In this document: positions 58,237-64,000 of the stretch, piece by piece
Position numbering within the stretch: the first letter of the stretch is position 1
Layout: the number at the start of each line of letters is the position of its first letter
DNA from: a virus
Taxonomy: Duplodnaviria > Caudoviricetes
IMG/VR virus record: IMGVR_UViG_3300042542_005523
Strand: one strand, 5' to 3'
Length of the DNA stretch: 64,000 nt
Translations under genes and position numbers: made by a program
The notes under the pieces: generated by a model
What the model saw: only the letters and a program-made list of their open reading frames with translations
Database searches by the model: none
Told to the model about the DNA's origin: nothing

Positions 58237-59811
58237 ATGGCTGGTTTTATAGATAACGAAAATGGTAATCCGGTATTTCAGAGGATTAGGGAATCTGTTA
58301 AGTCGATCTCTAAGTTCGGTATGAAATACGAGGACATGGTGATTAAGAACTCCATGGCTGTTGGCGCTACTGAAGCTGCTTTCATTAATCAGAACAAAAC
58401 AAACGTTCCTGATGAGAATATGATGTATAGTCTTGCGAAGCAAGATACTATGGTCAAACAGTATATCTCTTATTTCGACAAGGATTATAAGGGAAAGAGG
58501 GATTATCTTAGGAAATTCTCTCTTAACCCAGAGATAGAAGGAGTTCTTGATATTGTTTGTGACGAATCCATAAACTACGACCCTTCTAATTATTACGCAT
58601 ATCCCGATTTTCTAGATATAACTACTCTAAAAGAAAAAACAAGAGAAAAGGTTTATGACGTTTTTAGAAAAATATATGACATCTGGGGATTTAGCGATGA
58701 TATAACAGCATGGCAATTCTTTAGACAATTCATGGTGGACGGATTCCTTGCATTTGAAATAATCTGGGACAATAGGGGGAAAGAGATAATTGGATTTAAA
58801 GAATTGGACGCTACTTCTTTAATACCTAGCGTAGAAAAACAACCAGACGGAAGACATGTCAACGTTTGGATACAATTTCCGAATGACCCTAAAAAGACAA
58901 GAATGCTATATGACTCCCAGATCATATACATGTCTTATGCTAAGGGAAATTCAGTTTCCAGATTAAGTTATGTTGAGAGATTAATTAGACCTTATAATAC
59001 CCTAAGAATTATAGAATACACTAGGGTAATTTGGTCAGTGATGAATGCTTCATTCAAGCTTAAAATGACCGTTCCTGTTGGATCAAGATCACCTCAGAAA
59101 GCTATGCAGACCTTGGGTGAACTTATGAGTATCTATAAGGAGGATATTAGCTTGAGCGATGATACTGGTGAATTGCTAGTTGACGGAGCACCTAAGATAC
59201 AATTCTATAAGAATTATCTGATACCACAGGGCCAAAACGGTCAACCTACAATTGAGCCCTTGACAATGGAGGGACCGAACTTAAATGATCCTGCCCCTCT
59301 TGCATATTTCTACGATAGATTCATAGAGGAATCTAAAATACCTGCTACAAGATTTAAGGGGTTAGATGGATCTTCTAGTGCAACATATTCCAACACTGCG
59401 GATGGCCTGGACAAGGAAGAGGTAAGATTTAGTAAGTTCATAAGTAGATTGAGAACCAATTTTCAGGATATCATTATAAAGCCACTTTGGTTACAAATAT
59501 GTAAAGACAATCCGGAATTAGAAAAAGATCTAGTTTTTAAGAGCCAGCTTGGACTTAAGTACATCAGTGAGAACCCTTTTAGGGTAAACCAGGAGATGGA
59601 ATTGATCACCAAGAGAAAAGAAAGCGTAGATTCGCTAGCTCTTATAATGGAAGACGACGATAAACCTTATTTTTCGCAGACTTACTTAATTGAGAATTTT
59701 CTCGGACTTACACCTGCAGACATTAAAGCTAACAAGATAGCAAAAGAAAAGAATGCCAAGAAGAAAGAGAAGGAAGGCGGGGAGGAAGAAGCACCAGAAG
59801 TTACTTTATAA
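58237..59811 (+). CDS. gp20: Portal protein, paralog 1
   Basis: LRKFSLNPEIEGVLDIVCDE, FRQFMVDG, SYVERLIRPYNTLRIIE, IQFYKNYLIP, ESKIPATRF, EEVRFSKFISRLR (gp20 pattern); 524 aa. Confidence 0.88.
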   Translation: MAGFIDNENGNPVFQRIRESVKSISKFGMKYEDMVIKNSMAVGATEAAFINQNKTNVPDENMMYSLAKQDTMVKQYISYFDKDYKGKRDYLRKFSLNPEIEGVLDIVCDESINYDPSNYYAYPDFLDITTLKEKTREKVYDVFRKIYDIWGFSDDITAWQFFRQFMVDGFLAFEIIWDNRGKEIIGFKELDATSLIPSVEKQPDGRHVNVWIQFPNDPKKTRMLYDSQIIYMSYAKGNSVSRLSYVERLIRPYNTLRIIEYTRVIWSVMNASFKLKMTVPVGSRSPQKAMQTLGELMSIYKEDISLSDDTGELLVDGAPKIQFYKNYLIPQGQNGQPTIEPLTMEGPNLNDPAPLAYFYDRFIEESKIPATRFKGLDGSSSATYSNTADGLDKEEVRFSKFISRLRTNFQDIIIKPLWLQICKDNPELEKDLVFKSQLGLKYISENPFRVNQEMELITKRKESVDSLALIMEDDDKPYFSQTYLIENFLGLTPADIKANKIAKEKNAKKKEKEGGEEEAPEVTL

Positions 59812-59825
59812 ATAAAAAAATAGAA

Positions 59826-61475
59826 ATGGCAGGATTTATAGATCCCATACAACCAAATAGTGCATTCGGAACGATACTGAGAAGTCTTTCTCAGATATCT
59901 AGGTTTGGTATGAAGTACGAGGATATGGTTGTTAGGAATTCACAGGCCATAGGTAAAACCGAATCTGAATTCTTCAATGAGCAGGGAACAGGATTTACAG
60001 AAAGTGATGCTTTTTATTGGACGGTTTCTCATTCTGATACGAAGGTAAGAAAGTACATAGCTTATTTTGATAAGGATTACATAGACAAAAGAAACTTTCT
60101 TAGGAAGTTTTCGCTAAACGGTGAGATTGAGTTTATACTCGATACGGTAACTGATGAAGCTGTGGTTTACGACGAGAAGAATTATTTTGCATATCCTGAG
60201 ATCAAGAATTTGGACGTAAGCGATAAGGTAAAAGATAAACTGATGGAGAATTTTTACCGGATCTATCATCTTTTCAATTTTCAGGAAAGTATATTAGCTT
60301 GGCAGGTATTTAGGCAGCTCCTAATTGATGGGTTTCTAGCTTATGAGATAATCTACGATAGCAGAGGCAAGCAAGTCATTGGATTTAAAGAACTCGATGC
60401 AACATCACTTCAGCCTATGGTTGAAAAAGTTGGCGAAAATGATTTTCAGCAGGTTTGGGTTCAGTATCCAAAGAATCCCCAGATGACAAGAAAGCTTAAG
60501 AATGAGCAGGTTATCTACATATCATATGCTAAAGGTAATTCAATTTCCAGGGTAAGTTATGTTGAGAGATTAGTTAGATCCTATAACATCCTGAAAATAA
60601 TGGAGAACAGTAGGATTATATGGAATGTCATGAACGCTTCATATAGATTGAAGTTTGTTATACCTATAGGTACACAGTCACCACAAAAGGCCATGCAAAC
60701 GCTAGGACAAATAATGTCTTATCATAAAGAGGAGATATCTATAAACGACAATTCAGGGGAATTGACTGTTAACGGAAGACCAAAAATTCAGTTCTATAAA
60801 AACTATCTTTTCCCTGAGAAGGATGGTGTTTCCCCTACCATAGAAACACTAAATGCAGCTGGACCTGATTTTAATATCATGGACAACGTGCTTTACTTCT
60901 TCAATAAACTAAAGCAAGATTCTAAAATACCGTATGCGAGATTTGCTTATAGAGGTGGAACACCTGCAAACAACCAAATTAGCATTGATTCTTTAGAAAG
61001 AGATGAGATAAGGTTCGAGAAGTTTCTTTCCAGATTGAGATCGATTTATCAGGAAATCATAGTTAAGCCTCTTTATATACAAATGTGTCTTGATTATCCT
61101 GAGCTTGTAAAAGATAGAAGCTTTAAAACTAATCTTGGAATTAATTTCGTAAGGGAAAGCGAATTCAACGATCTGGTTGAACTTGCTAATCTAGTTAAAA
61201 GAGGGGATTTTATAAAATCTCTTGCTGACATGAAAGTTAAAGTTGGTGAAGAAGAGCAGCCTTATTTTGATAAAGATTTCCTTGTTCAGAGATTTTTAGG
61301 TCTAACACCGGAGCAGATAGAGGGCAATGCTTCATACAAAGAGCTCGAAGCTAAATCTGCTAAAAAGGAAAGCTCTACTAGCGGAGCTGAGGGCGAGGCA
61401 GCTCCAGCGGAAGAAGAAGCGGCAGCTCCAGCGGAAGAAGAAGCGGCAGCACCCGCTGAGGAAAAGACTGCATAG
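59826..61475 (+). CDS. gp20: Portal protein, paralog 2
   Basis: Colinear with paralog 1 (FGMKYEDMV, LRKFSLN, GFKELDATSL, SPQKAMQTLG, IQFYKNY, DEIRFEKFLSRLR); 549 aa; TATAAATA at 59807. Confidence 0.88.
   Translation: MAGFIDPIQPNSAFGTILRSLSQISRFGMKYEDMVVRNSQAIGKTESEFFNEQGTGFTESDAFYWTVSHSDTKVRKYIAYFDKDYIDKRNFLRKFSLNGEIEFILDTVTDEAVVYDEKNYFAYPEIKNLDVSDKVKDKLMENFYRIYHLFNFQESILAWQVFRQLLIDGFLAYEIIYDSRGKQVIGFKELDATSLQPMVEKVGENDFQQVWVQYPKNPQMTRKLKNEQVIYISYAKGNSISRVSYVERLVRSYNILKIMENSRIIWNVMNASYRLKFVIPIGTQSPQKAMQTLGQIMSYHKEEISINDNSGELTVNGRPKIQFYKNYLFPEKDGVSPTIETLNAAGPDFNIMDNVLYFFNKLKQDSKIPYARFAYRGGTPANNQISIDSLERDEIRFEKFLSRLRSIYQEIIVKPLYIQMCLDYPELVKDRSFKTNLGINFVRESEFNDLVELANLVKRGDFIKSLADMKVKVGEEEQPYFDKDFLVQRFLGLTPEQIEGNASYKELEAKSAKKESSTSGAEGEAAPAEEEAAAPAEEEAAAPAEEKTA
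61398..61445 (+). repeat. 24-bp tandem repeat x2 (AAPAEEEA) in the portal-2 tail
   Basis: gcagctccagcggaagaagaagcg at 61398 and 61422. Confidence 0.85.
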
Positions 61476-61520
61476 TCCAGCCTAACACTCTAATACGTAA
61501 TTACATTTATCATTCTCCAT

Positions 61521-61548
61521 AAACCGTCGGAATACCTACGGTTTTTTT
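61521..61548 (+). terminator. Intrinsic terminator after the portal genes
   Basis: aaaccgt...acggttt followed by a T run. Confidence 0.7.
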
Positions 61549-61551
61549 ATT

Positions 61552-61559
61552 TATATTTG
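61552..61559 (+). promoter_or_regulatory. Possible Bacteroidota-type -7 element TAnnTTTG
   Basis: TATATTTG 24 nt before the ligase ATG. Confidence 0.4.
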
Positions 61560-61582
61560 TATTATAACTAAATAGAAGTAAA

Positions 61583-62905
61583 ATGATTAAAGAACTAAGA
61601 ATCTTAAAGGAATTAGAGGAACTTACTGGAGAGGGATCACAGAAGAAAAAGCAGGAGATAATCAAACAAAATTGGACCTCTGAATTAGCTTACGTTTTTG
61701 ACGTGTGCTTCAATCCATTTGTTACTACCAAGCTACATAAGCTTAATTTTTCAGAGGATCCGAGCGATTCTTTTGGACTGGATAACTTCAAAGAGCTCGT
61801 TGAAAAATTAAAATCAGCTCCTGCAGCTAATAATTCTATAAGGTTAGAAGCTAATCAGATGGTAAACACCAGAATTACCGATGATAGTGACGACGCTGAC
61901 CTTAGAAAGATTCTAATGAAGGTGCTAACCAAGAGAATGAACGTTGGCGTTGGTGCGAAGCTGATCAACAAGGCTATTGGTAGAGAGGTGATACCTGATC
62001 CATCCGTTATGTTAGCAACCGACGACCAAGATTCGCTTCTAAGCTGGGATAAGATCTATTGTGAGGAAAAGTATGATGGCGTAAGAGTAATAGCTATTTA
62101 TAAGGAAGGTGGATTTAGTTACTTTACCAGAGCTTTTAATGAACTTGATGCAGATAAGCTGCACAAGATTACATTTTCTCTTAAACAGATAATGAACTTT
62201 TCAGGATTGAAAGGCTCTTGGTTCTTTGATGGTGAATTAACAGATCACAATAGGAAATCAGTAAGTGGTAAGGTTACGCAGATACTAAAGGGGACTGCCC
62301 CTGACAATATTGGGGACAGTATTATATTTAATGTATTTGATCTTGAAGAATATGATACGCTAAGAGCCGGTGTAGGTATCATACCTTACTCAGTAAGAAG
62401 ACAGACGCTAGAATCTGTTATGAAAAACGTCGAAGAGAGTGAGCCAGTGAAATTAGCTACAATGCGGGAACTTGAAGATCCCTCTCAGATTGCTTCGGTA
62501 TACCAAAAAATAGTGGATGCAGGGGGAGAGGGAGTTATATGCAAGAATGATCATCTGTACGAATGTAAAAGATCAAAAAGCTGGGTGAAATTCAAGGAGG
62601 TTAACGAATGTGATCTTGTCATCCGTGGATGGTACGCAGGAGAGGGTAAAAGGGAGGGCTTCATAGGTGGACTTGTATGCACGGACCTATCTGAAACCTT
62701 GCATGTTAAAATAGGATCAGGTTTTACCGACGAGGACCTTAAATCATTGAGTGCTAACCCAGATGCCCTTCGAGGGAAGATATGTGCTGTGCAATACAAC
62801 GTTACAATTACTGACAAGTTTGATAATAGATCACTATTTTTGCCTAGATTCGTAGAGATAAGAAACGATAAGTCAGAGGCTGATGATTTATCATCCAAAT
62901 TTTGA
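61583..62905 (+). CDS. lig: ATP-dependent DNA ligase
   Basis: EEKYDGVR (KxDG), FDGEL, FDL, EGVICK, WVKFK, GSGFTD, FLPRF..IRNDK. Confidence 0.95.
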   Translation: MIKELRILKELEELTGEGSQKKKQEIIKQNWTSELAYVFDVCFNPFVTTKLHKLNFSEDPSDSFGLDNFKELVEKLKSAPAANNSIRLEANQMVNTRITDDSDDADLRKILMKVLTKRMNVGVGAKLINKAIGREVIPDPSVMLATDDQDSLLSWDKIYCEEKYDGVRVIAIYKEGGFSYFTRAFNELDADKLHKITFSLKQIMNFSGLKGSWFFDGELTDHNRKSVSGKVTQILKGTAPDNIGDSIIFNVFDLEEYDTLRAGVGIIPYSVRRQTLESVMKNVEESEPVKLATMRELEDPSQIASVYQKIVDAGGEGVICKNDHLYECKRSKSWVKFKEVNECDLVIRGWYAGEGKREGFIGGLVCTDLSETLHVKIGSGFTDEDLKSLSANPDALRGKICAVQYNVTITDKFDNRSLFLPRFVEIRNDKSEADDLSSKF

Positions 62906-62934
62906 GAAACAGTTTCGTTAATTTCTAATATAAT
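62906..62934 (+). promoter_or_regulatory. Candidate middle promoter GAAAC-N18-TATAAT
   Basis: GAAAC 62906-62910, TATAAT 62929-62934. Confidence 0.7.
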
Positions 62935-62939
62935 ACAAT

Positions 62940-63890
62940 ATGATGCAGGAATTATTAACAGAGAAATTAAGGCCCAAGGAAATTAGGCATATGATATTGC
63001 CTCAGAGAATAAGAAAGATCTTTGAGACTAACGGGCTCAATCATAATGTTCTTTTATCGGGTAGCCCTGGTAGCGGTAAGACCACGCTTGCTAAAATATT
63101 AGCAGCACCCTACCCGCACCTTTTTATAAATGTTTCGGATGAGAGTTCTGTTGAGACGATACGTACTAAAATTAATGATTTTTGTTCAACAATGTCGATT
63201 ATGGACGGTGCTTCTTCAAAGAAAGTGGTTGTATTGGATGAGTTCGACGGTGCATCAGATCAGTTCTATAAGGCTTTAAGAGGAACTGTAGAGAAGTTTG
63301 CATCTAATACAAGATTCATTGCTACTTGTAACTGGATCAACAAGGTTCCTGATGCAATTCAGAGCAGATTTGAGGTGATTGACTTTGATCCTGTTTCTTC
63401 AGAGGAGGAGAACGAAGTAAAATCAGAATGGAGAAAGAGAATAAACCTTATCCTGAATAAGGTTTCTATTGAAATAGACGAAGAATCTCTTCTGGAATTT
63501 GAAAGAAACTTCTATCCTGATTTGAGATCCTCCCTTAACAAGATCCAAACCTGGATGCTAGAGGGAACTAATAAGGTTGATCTAGCAAAAGTTAGAGAAA
63601 TAGGATGGAGTTACGAGTCACTCTACAATTTACTTTTTTCTCCACCGGACCCAATTGGTAACTATCAGAACTTAGTTGGAGAATATAACGGAAAGACCGA
63701 CGACATAATGAGTGCCTTAGGAGATGAATTCGTACAGTGGGTTATTAAAAACAAAAAATCACATTCTAAGATTATCCCTGGTGTGATAGTTCTAGTGGCT
63801 GAACATCAGGCACAAAGACTTCAGGTTATCGACCCGATGGTTTCTCTTCTTTCCCTATTTTTCCAGATACAAAAACTTATACAGCCATGA
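62940..63890 (+). CDS. gp44: Sliding-clamp loader ATPase subunit (gp44/RFC-like)
   Basis: EKLRP, GSPGSGKTT, INVSDE, VVLDEFD, FIATCN, IQSRF, PDLR. Confidence 0.92.
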   Translation: MMQELLTEKLRPKEIRHMILPQRIRKIFETNGLNHNVLLSGSPGSGKTTLAKILAAPYPHLFINVSDESSVETIRTKINDFCSTMSIMDGASSKKVVVLDEFDGASDQFYKALRGTVEKFASNTRFIATCNWINKVPDAIQSRFEVIDFDPVSSEEENEVKSEWRKRINLILNKVSIEIDEESLLEFERNFYPDLRSSLNKIQTWMLEGTNKVDLAKVREIGWSYESLYNLLFSPPDPIGNYQNLVGEYNGKTDDIMSALGDEFVQWVIKNKKSHSKIIPGVIVLVAEHQAQRLQVIDPMVSLLSLFFQIQKLIQP

Positions 63891-64000
63891 AAGAATTAGC
63901 AGAAGTTATTAATAGAAACGGATACATCTATAAACAATTAAAGAGGACGGATAAAGCTGCCATGTATTCTCAATCTGATGCGGAAGATCTGGAAGCAGAT
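63887..64000 (+). CDS. Hypothetical protein, truncated by the window end
   Basis: ATGA overlap with the clamp-loader stop; MKELAEVINRNGYIYKQLKRTDKAAMYSQ... open to the end. Confidence 0.55.
   Translation, partial: MKELAEVINRNGYIYKQLKRTDKAAMYSQSDAEDLEAD

Noticed and set aside
351-63890. Short minus-strand and nested ORFs over backbone genes (e.g. 351-560, 873-1103, 4933-5253, 46279-46680, 53438-53911, 62551-62898)
   Set aside because: They overlap well-supported + strand genes, have no recognisable motifs, and run against uniform + strand transcription signals.
39054-63890. Inteins, introns or homing endonucleases in terminase, ligase or clamp loader
   Set aside because: Lengths are normal, motifs are contiguous, and no LAGLIDADG, HNH or splice-junction signatures were seen; the same holds for the helicase.
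1-64000. Stop-codon recoding (as in Lak or some crAss-like phages)
   Set aside because: Conserved genes are full length in the standard code, and TAG, TGA and TAA all end genes at expected positions.
1-64000. tRNA or rRNA genes
   Set aside because: Intergenic gaps are short, and no cloverleaf or GTTCGA-type arm was recognised by eye; tRNAscan-SE would confirm.

Overview
A 64-kb segment of a large T4-like (myovirus/jumbo) bacteriophage genome. All credible genes are on the + strand and read in the standard genetic code. From left to right: recombination/replication genes (UvsX, gp41 helicase, gp47/gp46 Mre11-Rad50-like nuclease); a tail/fibre block ending in a 4015-aa protein with about 3400 residues of unbroken Ser/Thr-rich Gly-X-Y repeat; a 9-gene glycosylation cluster (GT2, GT4, FkbM and other methyltransferases, DegT aminotransferase, sugar acyltransferase, and a TibC/AAH-type protein O-glycosyltransferase); neck, terminase, sheath, two tail-tube paralogs and baseplate hub genes; dCMP deaminase; an ECF sigma; a probable head-core protein; a gp55-like late sigma; gp4; gp2; two tandem full-length portal paralogs; DNA ligase; and a clamp loader. 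The best candidate for a new system is a phage-encoded protein O-glycosylation pathway paired with its giant Ser-rich fibre substrate, with signs that both were module-swapped. Other notable signals are the duplicated portal, two candidate programmed frameshifts, and a three-tier promoter set read directly from the sequence (TAnnTTTG, GAAAC-N18-TATAAW, GATAWATA). Family assignments come from motif recognition by eye; no database searches were run.
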